Assembly: GCF_009914755.1 (NCBI RefSeq)
Contig: NC_060927.1
Direction: 5' to 3' (one strand)
Origin: the human T2T-CHM13v2.0 reference genome, Homo sapiens
DNA: 64,000 nucleotides
Every line of letters starts with the position of its first letter. Position 1 is the stretch's first letter. The notes under the pieces were generated by a model. The model was not told where the DNA came from and searched no databases. It saw nothing but the letters and a program-made list of their open reading frames with translations. Positions 1 through 13,944 of the stretch are shown here, piece after piece. The position numbers were made by a program, and so were the translations under genes.

Positions 1-395
1 TGTACTCACTCATGTGGGAGCTAAATTTTAAACAATTGAACTCACAGAGATAAAGGGCAAAATGACGGTTACCAGAGGCTGGGAAGGTTAGTGAGCAGGG
101 AGGGGAAAGTGGGGATTGTAAATGGGTGCAAAAATATGGCCAGATAGAATGACTAAGATCTAGTGTTTGATAGCTCAATGAGGTGACTACGGTCCACAAT
201 CATTTATTCTATATTTTAAAACAACTAAGAGTCGAATTGGAATGTTCTCAACACATAGAAATTATAAATGCTTGAGATAATGGATATGTCAATTACCCTG
301 ATGTCATTATTATACATCGTATGCGTGTATCAAAATATCACATGTACCCAATAAATACATACATGTAACATGTACCCATTACATTTTTAAAAAAT
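1..395 (+). mobile_element. L1MA-class LINE-1 3' UTR end (cut by window edge)
   Basis: tactcactcatgtgggagcta...ttaccagaggctgggaagg...tatcaaaatatcacatgtacccaataaat followed by an A-rich tail resembles L1MA 3' ends. Confidence 0.85.
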
Positions 396-979
396 CAATG
401 GCAGGTTTCTTATCACAGTGACATGAGTTACTTTAATAAACTCAGTAAAAAGTTTTAAAAAGAACCTCAAATCTACAATAGTTGCTGAATCTTAAACTTG
501 TCACACGTTGAATATTAAGTGCAGAGAGTTAAGAGCTATTTTCCACTTAAATAACAACAATTGGAGGAAGTGGTGGTTATCAGTCATCTTTAGCCCTCAC
601 TTTAGTTTAATAGCCATTAGTAAAAAACAGAGATAAATTTTATAGGTGCTAATTGACCCTGCAAGAAGCCTTTGAACCCTTCCCACTAGCTTAGGACTTT
701 TTCTTTGAAGCCTTGTTTTAACTAAAGTGTCCCAGCAAAAACCTGGGAAAAATATACGTTAGAGAAAAAGATGCAGGTACAAAACCTTTGCACTATATGA
801 ATAATTGTAAAACTATGGTTTAGTGACTGTGAGCAAAACAAACCTGACCAGTACTTGACCACAAAGGACTCCCCCAGTTACTCTAAAAGTTTTTTGAGGA
901 AGTACTTTAGAAGATTTTGAATGTGTTATCACTCTATTCTGTTAATATTAGGAAGAGAGGAGAAAACAGCCTACATATT

Positions 980-1150
980 TACAGCACTATACAGCTTTCA
1001 TAACTCATTTGATCCACATAAAAACCTTATACGATCTGAAGATCAAATAGGTAAAATAACTCACCCAAGGTCACCCTGCAAATGAATAGAAAAATTGGAA
1101 TTCAATTAAGAGAACTAGAGCAAGCTTCCTTTCACTGCACCGTAGCTGCC
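980..1150 (-). mobile_element. MIR fragment
   Basis: Degenerate MIR core: taactcatttgatcc...aataactcacccaaggtcac...ggaattcaa. Confidence 0.6.
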
Positions 1151-1867
1151 TTGCACATTCACTGTATCGTTGAGTTAGAGAAGTTGAATTAGAACAAGTA
1201 AGGAGATGAGGCACAAGTCTAGTCACGGAAGACCTAAGAAGAAAGTGAAGAGATTTTTTATAAGTACACTAGTCCTAAGCATTTACATTCTAGTTAAGCT
1301 CCCTGTTGACTAATATCCAAGAAAAAGCCAGGCATAATGAGAACAAAATAAAATCATATGCAAGAATCTTTATTTTGACCCAGGAATTATTCCAAGCTTG
1401 TTTCCCACCCATTTGCTTCTACCTTCTTTCTTCACTAGCTGTCCATGGTCTTCACATCATTTAGAAAGTGTGAATTTGGGAGATGGCAGAAAAAACAAAA
1501 AACAAAAAAAAGCAGTCTTCTAGAGAAAAACAGTGGGCTGGTTAGAAGATGACACCTTGGAATGGTGCAGAATTGACTTTGCCAAGGAGAAGGAGAGAAA
1601 TGACTGCATTTCATCATAACTATGCTTGAAAGAATGGAGTAGATGACCCCTTACGGCCACTTCCACTTGCCAGATTTCATATGCAAACTTACTCCTTTTT
1701 TATCCCTCAGAACACTGGAAAGGTTTCAAAAGACAAGTAATCTTAGCACACTCTGTCCTTGGAGAATTGTGGATGAAAGGGGCACATAAATACCTGTTAT
1801 TAGTTTCATGCAGCAATTTTAGTTGGATTTTCTTGACCCATCTCCCCTTTTGTAATATTTCTCAGGG

Positions 1868-1933
1868 AGTATGCGTATATGTGAGAGTGTGTGTGTGTGT
1901 GTGTGTATGTGTGTGTCTGTGTGTGTGTGTGTG
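1868..1933. repeat. (TG)n microsatellite, interrupted
   Basis: Directly visible gtgtgt run. Confidence 0.95.
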
Positions 1934-2459
1934 TTTAAGTGGTTTTGACCTTAGGGTTCTCTTTGATTTATAGGCAGCTCTGTAAGTTATGCTGGGATGG
2001 TTTCAGAGCCTGTTTGTTCTGGCATCCCAGTAAAGCTTTGCTTCCCATGGCAACTCCAGCCTACGAAGAAAGGCCTCAGGGAAAATACAGCTTTCATTGC
2101 CAGAATGAGGCAATAGCACTTTTGGGGTGCTATTTTGTTGGGTGGTGTATTAATTCTTAAGCAACTCCACTCATGGAAAACTAAAAAAGCGTTACAGTCT
2201 GAATATTACCACAGACAGCAGCAATCTCAGTTTCTCTCAAAAAAGTTAATTGATTCCATGAGACTTTATTTAATTTGGGGTTTTTCAGGCACTGTCTGCA
2301 CAGTAGCAAGATTGTGGGGCATGACCTTAATGAGTGGTTCTAACATATGCATGTTCCCTTCTAAACAGCCTTCCCATTTATAGTCTCAACTTCACAGTTT
2401 AACCTTAAGGTCAATTTTTGACTTTCATTGATGCTCTTCCCTGCTTGTATTCAAAAGGA

Positions 2460-2642
2460 ACCTGTGCTTCTCAGTCTTGGCGTGTACATCAGAATTAACC
2501 AGGGAGCTTCCAATAAATGCCAATGCCCAGACCCTACCATTAGAGATTCTAATAGTGGTGGCATGGGGCAGGGTTTGGGTATCAATAGTTTTCAAAGGTC
2601 CCCAAGATATTTTAATGTGCAGCCAGTGTTAAGCACCGTTGA
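2460..2642. mobile_element. MER5A-like hAT-Charlie non-autonomous DNA transposon
   Basis: gtgcttctca...catcagaatt...agagattctaat...aatgtgcagccagtgttaagcaccgttg, with remnants of terminal inverted repeats. Confidence 0.75.
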
Positions 2643-3552
2643 TCTGGTCCATTTCCTTTGAGGTCCTGAGAAGGGAAATAATTTCCTTAAGGTCATTAAG
2701 CAAATAGGTTTATTTTTGACCACACATGTTGACTCGTGGTAGATTAAAATGCCTATGCGTAGTTAATTGTTCTCTGTTATTATCTACATAACGGTCATGC
2801 TATTTACATTGTAAATCAGGTAGTCTGTGGTAGTTGAGTCCCAAAATACAAGGTGTTGACTTCCATTGCATGTCATACCCACCAGAATCTGCCAGTTGCC
2901 ATTAGGAGTGTGACTATGGCTAGGAGAGGAGAAAAAATGGTGCCAAGGTAGCAGACCTACTGCATTTCCTGACAAAATGTCTTCTGTATTGGAAAGGTGA
3001 CTTATTTCCGTGGTAAAGAGTGCTCCTGGGTATTTAATGAAATTATTCTCAGTATGGCCTGGTGATGAAGATGCTCTAGTGGGCTCTGTATACTCCTGAC
3101 CTTACTTCTGTATTGTTCAGCTAGGTCTAAGTGTGCCACAGAGTGTGAGACTTTGTCAGCTTTGGAAGCCAACTAGTTTATGATTATGCCAATCTTGTGC
3201 CAAGAGCTCTCAGCTTATCGGTATGTTTGTGGTTGAAGTCCCAACATAAGTACACATTTTATTTTCTGTTGTTGCTTCTGTGTGATATTTCCTAAGAGAT
3301 AAAATCATTTTTGGTAATAATTTTTTCCTAACTTTTTAATGTATTTTTAACAATTTTCTATTAAAAGGCTTATTTCAACACCATAACACAAAGTCTAAAT
3401 GTATGTTCTTATTTGTTTACCTTTGATTTTTTCTTTTACTGAAAAAATTAATAAATCATTTAGCTAAAATTACTGTTAATGTAATATGAATAAATTTAAC
3501 TTACATAAATTTGGTTTAAATTAAGAATGTATAAGATTGATTTTATAAACCT

Positions 3553-3580
3553 ACACACACACACACACACACTCACACAC
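3553..3580. repeat. (CA)n microsatellite
   Basis: Directly visible. Confidence 0.9.
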
Positions 3581-3985
3581 ATGAATAAGAATGTAGCTTT
3601 CTGGAACTATAATTGTGTTCATATGAAGAATGCTACTTATAGCTGCCCAGGGACTCTACTTCTAAAGGGAAACAGATTCAGAAGCAGAAGTCTCAAAAAG
3701 AGAGAATTTACATTAACACTTGGCTTCTTATTGCCTCCATCAATACTGTTTCCCTTCCCCAAAAAACAGACAACTTCACCAAAAAGGAGGGAACTCCCTA
3801 GAACTTCTACCCTTCTACCCAGTGCCTCCAATTCTCTTTGCCCCAATCTTTTGCCTTCTGTGTCCAAATGACCTGCGTATTTCCACATACAAAGACACAA
3901 ACATTTAGAGAGTTAATGCCAGATTTCTCTCACTGAATGGAAAAGCTAGAAGGTCTCTTAGAGAAAATGTAGTGCAAGATCTCTG

Positions 3986-4285
3986 GGCCGGGTGCGGTGG
4001 CTTACGCCTGTAATCCCAGCACTTTGGGAGACTGAGGAGGGCAGATCACCTGAGGTCAGGAGTTCAAGACCAGCCTGACCAACATGGTGAAACCCTGTCT
4101 CTACTATAAATACAAAAATTAGCCAGGTGTGGTGGCGGACGCCTGTCATCCCAGCTACTCAGGAGGCTGAGGCAGGAGAATCACCTGAACCCAGGAGGCG
4201 GGGGTTGCAGTGAGATGAGACCATACCATTGCACTGCAGCCTGGGCAACAAGAGTGAAACCCTGTCTCAAAAAAAAAAAAAAAAA
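3986..4285 (+). mobile_element. Full-length AluS (Sq/Sp-like)
   Basis: Starts ggccgggtgcggtggct, has both arms and the A-rich linker, the 3' motif ccattgcac...gggcaacaagagtgaaac and a poly(A) tail. Confidence 0.95.
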
Positions 4286-4324
4286 TCTATGTACTTGGCC
4301 TACCCTTCCCTACCCTACCATCTG

Positions 4325-4415
4325 CTCTCATTTCACAGATGAAATGTCTGAGGCTCAGGGAAGTTAAGTGACTTGCCCATACTCTAGCTTGGTGAAAACC
4401 TAGGACTCAAATATT
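4325..4415 (-). mobile_element. MIR core fragment
   Basis: catttcacagatgaaatgtctgaggctcagggaagttaagtgacttgccc is the reverse complement of the MIR core. Confidence 0.8.
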
Positions 4416-5183
4416 CTCAGGAGTTCTATTTCTCTTGCTTTATAAAATGAAATTATTATAATATAAAATTAGCTAAATGTTAACACAATAGCTCCAATAT
4501 GCTCTTCAGGATTGTTTTATGTGCATAATACATGTACATTAATCCTGTGTACAGAATTCACTTGTTTAACTCTTGGTTATCCATACTCATAGAAGCAACA
4601 CTCGTTTTGATAAGCATCAGTTGTTGAGTAGAACACCAAAGATCATTGGAGCTTGAAGACACGTTTGGTATCACTACTCCAACACACCTATTAGCAGGGA
4701 AACATAGACCTGAAGAAGGCATGCAAATTCTCAAAATCACTTAGTTGTTAAGGAAGCTTCTAGAATATGAGCAATTAATTTTGTTTTATCTTAGGCTTAA
4801 TATTTTCAGAATTCCATGATAAATAGTGTGAAAATTGTGACTACCAAGTATCTCACAAGAGAAAAAGAGAAAGCTTATAACGAAAGTCCAGAAGTGTGAC
4901 TTGAGCTCTCTTAGTGATCTCAGATAAACATCTCTAGGCTTGTCAACTCCACCAACTGTCAAATGGGGGCAATAGAGTAGAAGACCTTTACAGTTCTGCT
5001 TTTTTCTGAAAACCTTTCTTTTCAATGAAACTGGCAGCTTTGAGAACCAGTCAGTTGACTATGATTTTACTGAATGATTGGAGAGAAAACTCTATATTAA
5101 GCCATGCTCCACTGCAGAGGTATTTTTTCCAGGTTGAGAACAGCTATGGAGCAATGCAATTGGAGCACTGATGTAATTACTCA

Positions 5184-5477
<294 letters not shown>

Positions 5478-6903
5478 TCATACACATAATTCTTTTTTGG
5501 TGAATATTTTGTTTTCCTAAAAAGTAAGGGCATCTTAGAAGAGGCCTCTCTGTGAATAGTCTCTTTGGAGGAAATGGGGTAAATAAAAGCACAAAGTCTC
5601 CAAATTACAAATAATCTGGAGACCATGCTCTCACAAGCTCAATTTATCAAGAGCAATGAGGAAATACTTCCTAATCTTCATCCCAGGGTGATTTAGGCCC
5701 AGAGCTCTTGAGAAAGTAAGGTGGGTGTAACCTAGTCTAAGTGACTGGTTCTTCATGGGGTTTAAAATGGCTCAGGGGAGAAAGTGCAGATGATAGCAAC
5801 ATCACCTGTGGTGACTTTGCTCTCTCAGAGCTTACACATTCTAATGAATGCTCTGGAAGGAAAGGGCCCCAGGTGATCTGCAGAGTAGCTTTTAGGGTCA
5901 AAATGTTCCTACCATGCTGCTGGTTATTCTTTCTGGCACAGACAAAAGTGCACTTATAACACGGAATGCAAATAGCATACCCTTGCATCGGGTCCCTTTC
6001 ATCAGAGCCAGTGGTCCTATCAATTCGAGGAATTTCATTTTTGGTATCCTGAATAGTGAGGATAAAAAAAATATAGGTGTTTTTTGCTCCCAAGGGCTGG
6101 AAGAGTTTTTCACTCAAGAGCCAAATTTGTCTTTCTATTGTAGATGAGAGGGTGAGTGTAGGTGTTTGTTTTACATCAGGATGACAAGCTGTGCATACCT
6201 TTCTGAGGCGAGGTCTGGGTGTACTGGGGTGTGTCCCAGAGGAAGTCAATGTTCAGAGCTTTATTTTGTGTGTGTGAGCTATTCAGTTTAATTATACCCA
6301 TGCTGCCAACTTGCTTTTTATTATTACTCTTATTCACTTTAATATTCCCTTCCCTTGGCTAAGCATAAAGAGAAGGTTCGTTATTATTTGAACAGCTTTA
6401 CATTTATGATGCCCCGTTAGTTTGCAAAGCTGGAGACTTCACTGTGAAAGCGCTGTAATAATACTCAGGGAAGATGAGCTCTAATCCTACTTCTAGCTTG
6501 GCGCACAGGAGCTTCGGAATTGCTCAGAATTTAAAGGCGCTTCACTGACATGAGGGAGGAAAGGGATAAAACAGGGCAGAAGGGAGGAACTGGGGATCAT
6601 AGGAATGAGACTGACAGTACATATGTCTCTGTTCAGTTTTAAATTTTGGTAAGTAGAATAACAGATTATACATTGACATCTTGAGAACAGCAGCTGTCAA
6701 AACTGTCAGTCAAAAGGAGATTGATTCCATTCAATTATTTGTTAAACCAAGAAGTTTAAAGATAGGAAAGAACTATGAGGCCATGCAACTCATTTAAAGT
6801 CCCTCTGCTTTGCAAATTTATTTAAGATCAGCATCTGAGGGCAAAATAAAAGTTTATTATTATTTCACGTTAACGTAATAGCAAAGATAAGGAAGAACAA
6901 TAT

Positions 6904-7335
6904 TGTATTAGGCCATTCTCTCATCTCTCTAAAGAAATACCTGAGGCTGGGTAATTTATTTAAAAAAAAGGGGGGAGTGTTTAATTGGCTGATGGTTCTG
7001 AAGGCTGAACAGGAAGCATAGCACCATCTACTTCTGGGGGAAGACTTAGGAAGCTTCCAGTCATGGTGGAAGGGGAAGGGAGAGTAGAGTAGGCATGTTG
7101 CGTGGCCAGAGCAGGAGCAAGAGAGAGCAAGCAGGGAGGTACTACACACTTTTATATTACTAGATCTTATGAGAACTCAATCGCTATCACAAGGACAGTA
7201 CCAAGGGGAATGGTGCTAAACCATTCATGAGAAATTCACCTCCATGGTCCACTCACCTCCCACTAGGCCCTAACTCCATCATTGGGGATTACATTTCAAT
7301 ATGAGATTTGGGCAGGCACACACAGGATCTATGTT
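6904..7335 (-). mobile_element. MST-family (MSTB-like) ERVL-MaLR solo LTR
   Basis: tgtattaggccattct...aaagaaatacctgaggctgggtaattta...cacctcccactaggccc...tgagatttggg. Confidence 0.9.
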
Positions 7336-7863
7336 CTGATGATACATAGATGTGATAAGTGCTAAACACTGGTGATTCAGAATTGGTAAAACTCAATTCG
7401 TGTCCTCAAGGAGTGCACCATCTTTTATGGTAGTCAGCTGTGAGCCAATAATGCAAATGTCCTGTGATGGGTGAAGTCACTCAAAAGGTGTGTACCAGCG
7501 ACTGAAGTGGAAACCAGTAGCTAATATTATGCTTACATTTTACCTGCAGGCTGCAAGGCACAAATAGGTACTCTCTTGCCAAGTTCATTAAATAAACGGG
7601 ATAGCCCTGAGTTCCACGTCTGCGGATTTCTTTGCTTTTGTTGACTGTGTTTTCAAAATGTGAGTTGCAAAATGAAAATATAAGTGCCTTCTATTTTGGG
7701 GAAGAGAGAGATTACACTACACTGTTTCACATATTGATTCCTATAGTTTTGTAGCCTGTACCTCAACTTTTGTGCCACTAAAATAGAGAATACTAATACT
7801 GACTTTCTTCACAAAGCATGAAGATGAACTAACATATCTTTAAAATTATCTGAAAAGATGTAA

Positions 7864-8166
<303 letters not shown>

Positions 8167-8254
8167 TGAAAAGATACAGTTTATCATATTAATAACATGA
8201 TGGATTCAGAATTGTAGAGCTGGAAGGCCTTTAGAGAACTTTTAGTCCAACTTT

Positions 8255-8435
8255 AGTCCTCAAATTTTAGCATGCTTCAGAATCACCTGAAGGGTGTCAA
8301 GAGCAGATTTCATGGCCCATCCCCAGCATTTCTGATTCAGTAATTAAATGGTGGGGCATGGGAATTTGCATTTCTAACAAGTTTCCAGGTGATGCTGATG
8401 CTGCTGGTCTGAAAACCATACTTTGAGAACTACTG
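8255..8435. mobile_element. MER5A DNA transposon, apparently inserted into a MIR
   Basis: cagaatcacctg...tttctgattcagta...gaatttgcatttctaacaagtttccaggtgatgctgatgctgctggtc...ctttgagaactactg. MIR-like sequence lies on both sides (agagctggaaggcctttagaga / tagtgtaaagatgag). Confidence 0.85.
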
Positions 8436-8724
8436 ATCTTGTCCATCCCCTTTAGTGTAAAGATGAGATCACTGAGCACACACTGCCTTTCCTGCCAACC
8501 CACCCCAAATAAACACACGATCTAATTAAAGACTGTAGTTTTGTTACACAAAAAATGGCTTTAAGACAAATCTCCTGACTGTTCTTTTAACCAAATCTCA
8601 AACAAAAATGCCCTTCTAAAGAGAAGAAATTGGAGTCCATATAATTTTATTTTTCAACTTTAATAAAATAACTTGTGTGGCTTATTTAATTCACTCCTTC
8701 CCAATGGCAGATGTCTGAAAACTG

Positions 8725-8870
8725 ATTGGAAACTTTGAGAAATTCCTTTAATATCTCTGTGTTTTTATTCTTTCCATCTGTAAAACGGGGTCAGCTGTAT
8801 TGTGCCTCATGTGTAAATCTGTGTGCGGTGAGGTTTAGCGGGTAAGTGACTGCAAAACATGTTGCAGATG
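8725..8870 (+). mobile_element. MIR fragment
   Basis: ttaatatctctgtg...tttccatctgtaaaacgggg matches the MIR core. Confidence 0.55.
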
Positions 8871-9314
8871 GATGTGTTATGGGGGAATGCTTAATATCAA
8901 AGTGAGATGTCATTTTCTTTCACTCTGCATCTGTAGTTTGTAAAACAAATGCTTCTAAATTCACAGTATTTTTCTCACATGTACTATTTTTTCCAGGGTG
9001 ATATTTTCTCAAAGACTCATGCTGACTTAAGCTTCTGGAACCTTGTGGGTGGATGTGCTAAATTAAAGACTTGTATTTAAATTTTCTGCATAACACTTGT
9101 GGGCTGAATGCATCACAGTGACTGAGGAAAGTAGAGAGTTTTCTAGTCCTGAGAGGCATGAGTAGAACTGTGTTGGTCAGAGGACTATGAATCCAGCAAA
9201 GTTTTAAGCCATTACTTTTCCAAAATGAATAAACAGATGCATCCTTGGTTAAAAAAATCTCAAACCCTGGAAAAAAATTCTCAGACACAGTAAAATATAA
9301 AGCTAGCTTGCTAG

Positions 9315-9370
9315 CTAGATAATGGATGGATAGCTAGATGGATGATTAGATAGATAGATAGGGATAGAGA
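9315..9370. repeat. (GATA/GATG)n simple repeat
   Basis: tagatagatagata and ggatggat runs. Confidence 0.8.
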
Positions 9371-10020
9371 AACAGATGAACAGTATAAAGATATACATAT
9401 GAATATATAGATTATCAAGAGCACAGTATTTTTTGAAAGAAATTACAAGGAGAGGGAGCAAGATGGCTGACTAGATGCAGGTGGCATGTGCCTTCTCCAT
9501 GGAGAGGAACCAGAAAAGGGAGTAGATACTTTTTGAACAGATTGTCTAGGAGAGAACACTAGGATTCACCACAGAACAGATGGGAAGACCAGAAGTAAGT
9601 AGAGATTGAGGCAACATGACTAGGCAGGGACTGACCAAGAGTCGGAATAGAAAACAACAGTAAGAATGAAAGCCCCAGGTCTCTGAAATGGGCTTTTATG
9701 AGCTTGGATATGGGAGAAAACCTTGACCCACTAGGGCCTCAGGACTTATACACAGAGCTGCTGAAAGATTGCACAGAAACGTTGCTTCCAGAAGAGGAGC
9801 CCACATGGATTCCCACAGGCATCCAAGCCTAGAAAAGCCTCAGCTAGGCACCACCTTGAAAGCCTAGATATGGGGTATCCACAAATGGCTGCTGTCATTG
9901 TGCCACTCCATGGAGGGAGGAGGGAGACCAGGAGCTCACATGCACCCCCGGGAGGGGCTCTACCACCCTGTTGTCGAATGTTGTTGAGCCTGAGACATGA
10001 GCCCACTTCACTCCCCATAG

Positions 10021-10750
10021 CTTCTTGCCCATGCCGTTTTCCTGGGAGGGACCCTACCCTCTCTGGTCCCAGGGTCACTATGACGTTTTGAGAATTTAAC
10101 ATTGGGCTGTGCCCCACCGTCAGATTGAGTTTGGGCTGACACAGCTGCAGCTACCACCTAGCCAATGAGGAACAGGGAAACAAGGCTGTCCTTTGCACAT
10201 CTGGGACAATATCCACTGCCCTATAACAGGCTGCTGTGAAACAGACACAAGCAGACTATCCACTATCCTCTGCCCAGCTTCTTGCCTATGCTGCTTGCAT
10301 GAGTGGTGCTACTCCCTGCTGGTCTCAGGTCTAAGACACCATTTTGGGAATTTAATGCTGAGCTGTGCCCCACCCACAGGCCGAATTCAAGTGGATGTGG
10401 CTGCAGCCACCAGCCACGGAGGAACAGGGAAAGCAGGCTCTTCTATGTACCACTAGGACAATACTCACTGCCTTACAACAGGCTGCTGTGAGACTGCTAT
10501 GCGAGCAGATTACACTCCCCACAATTTCTTGCCCATGATGCTTGCCTGAGAGGGGCTCCACCCTCTCTAGTCACAAGCCCACAGCTGGCACGATTTTGAG
10601 ATATTAACACTGGGCTGTGCCCATACTTGAGTTGAGTTTGAGGCAACATGGCTGCAGCTGTCACCCAGCCAGAGGAGGAAAAGGGGAAACAAACCTCTCC
10701 AAAGCACACTTAGGACAATACCCATTACCCTCCTACAAGTAGCTGTGGGA
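10021..10750 (+). repeat. Three diverged ~250 bp tandem units in the L1 5' UTR
   Basis: Units start (c/t)ttcttgcc at 10021, 10278 and 10525 and share ctgtgccc, gctgcagc, ggaa(c/a)aggg and ggacaata blocks. Confidence 0.85.
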
Positions 10751-11221
10751 TTGGGCACTAGCCTGCCCAACCCATCACAGCTTCTAACAACACCAACACA
10801 GACTTCCTGGGTTTTAGTGGGTTGCTCCATCACTACTGCTATCACTCACACCACAACAGCTGCCCAGGAACTTGAGAACCTATTAAAACACCTGGCCTGT
10901 GGATTCCACTGCTAGCTTCTGAGCAAGCCACTAGGAGGCCCAAGAATCAGCCCTTAGGACCCACTAACATTAGAACCAGGGTGAGCTGCTACGGGACTTA
11001 AAAATGGGCACATCTGGCTGGGTTGGAATTGAAGTCCCCAGCTAAACTTCATTACAACATCAATTTATAACTGGACCCTAAGTCACCAAGAAAATCAGAT
11101 ACCACTTGCCCTGTATAATGTTGAAGAAGTAATACAAATATCACACTACTATGGGCACCCAAAATGAAAGCTAAAATATCTTAATCAACCTCATACATAT
11201 ATCTTTTGCAATTTCAAAAAG

Positions 11222-12200
11222 TTGGAACAAGTGACCGCTACCCAGGTAAACAGATATCAATGGAAGTGCACAGAAAATATTAAAAAATGGGGAAATATGA
11301 CACCACCAAAGGACCACGACAATTGTTCACCAACAGGTCCCAATCAAAAAGAATTTCTAAAAATGCCAGATAAAGAATTCAAAATATTGATTTTAAAGAA
11401 GCTTAATGAGATTCAACAAAAACATGAAAACAAATACAAAGAAATCATAAAATCAACTCAGTATATGAATAAAAAATTATCCAAGGAGAGAAATATCTTT
11501 AAAAAAAAAAGAAGCAGAAATTCTGGAAGTGAAAAATTTATTGGAAGAAATACAAAATACATTTGAAATCTTCAATAATAAACTAGACTGAGCAGAAGAA
11601 TCTCAAACCTTAGAGACACTGTTTTTGAAATAAACCAGTGAGACAAAAATAAGGAAAAAATAATAATAAAGAACGAACAAAGTATTTGAGACGTCTGGAA
11701 CTACATAAAGTGATTGAACTTATGAATTACCAATATTCACAAGGAGGAAGAGAGAGGAAAAGTTTAGAAAAACTATTTAAGGGAATAATCAATGAAAACT
11801 TCCCAAGTCTACCAAGAGAGTTAGACATTCATATACAGGAGGCCTATTGATCCCTAGGCAAACACATTGCAAAAAGACTTCACTACAGCATATCATATTC
11901 AGAATATCCAAAGCAAAAGTAAAGGAAAGAATTTTAAAATTAGCAAGAGAAAAGCATCTAGTTTCCTATAAAGGAAATCCCCTTGGACTAATGGTGGACT
12001 TTTCAGTAGAAATTTTACAGGCCAGAAAAGAATGGAATAGCATTTTCAAAGTGAAGGAAAAAAAACCTGTCAGTCTTGAATTTTTATCCTGCCAGAATAA
12101 GCTTCATAAATGAAGGGGAAATAAAAGTATTTCCCAGATAAGAAAACGCTGAGAGAATTTGTCAACAGACTGGAACTATAGGAAATGCTAAAAGGGGTCT
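11222..12200 (+). pseudogene. Decayed L1 ORF1p (frameshifted)
   Basis: MPDKEFKILILKKLNEIQ (11222 ORF) and HIIFRISKAKVKERILKLAREKHLVSYKGNPLGLMVDFSVEILQARKEW (11847 ORF) are L1 ORF1p-like. Confidence 0.85.
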
Positions 12201-12257
12201 TACACATGGAAATGCAAGATTGATATTCACCATAATAAACACACATGGAAATATAAG

Positions 12258-12607
12258 TGCATTAGTCCATTTTCGCACTGCTATAAAGAAATGCCCAAAA
12301 CTGGGTAATTTATAAGGAAAGAGGTTTGATTGACTCACAGTTTTGCATGACTGGAGAGGCCTCAGGAAACTTACAATCATAGTGAAAGGGGAAGCAGTCA
12401 CCTTCTTCACAAGGTGGCAGGAGAGAGAAGAGTGAGCAAAAGAAGAAAAGCCCCTTTTGAAACCAACAGATCTTGCAAGAACTAACTATCACAAGAAGAG
12501 CATGAGGGAAACCATCCCTGTGATCCAATCACCTCCCACTAGGTCTCTCCCTAGACACATGGGGATTCCAATTCAAGATGAGATTTGACTGGGGACACAA
12601 AGTCTCA
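12258..12607 (-). mobile_element. THE1D/MSTA-like MaLR solo LTR nested in the old L1
   Basis: tgcattagtccattttcgcactgctataaag...gaggcctcaggaaacttacaatcat...caagatgagatttg. Imperfect 5 bp TSD ataag/ataaa. Confidence 0.9.
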
Positions 12608-12627
12608 ATAAAACTCACAATTCTCAT

Positions 12628-13788
<1,161 letters not shown>

Positions 13789-13944
13789 AAAACTCACAAT
13801 TCTCATAGAACATCCACACAAAGGAGGAAGAAAAAAGAATCACATGGCAACATGACGGAATTTCATCAAACCACAAAGACAAAAAGACACAGAAAAAGAA
13901 AGCAACAAAAAATTTATAAAACAACTTGAGAAGAATTAACGTTA

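Noticed and set aside
5737-6249. 170 aa minus-strand ORF in unique sequence
   Set aside because: Non-ATG start, no recognisable domain and no supporting exon structure. This length is attainable by chance.
10021-10750. Repeat array as a CRISPR-like or novel repeat-spacer system
   Set aside because: The units are ~250 bp, diverged along their whole length, have no unique spacers and sit in an L1 5' UTR in primate DNA.
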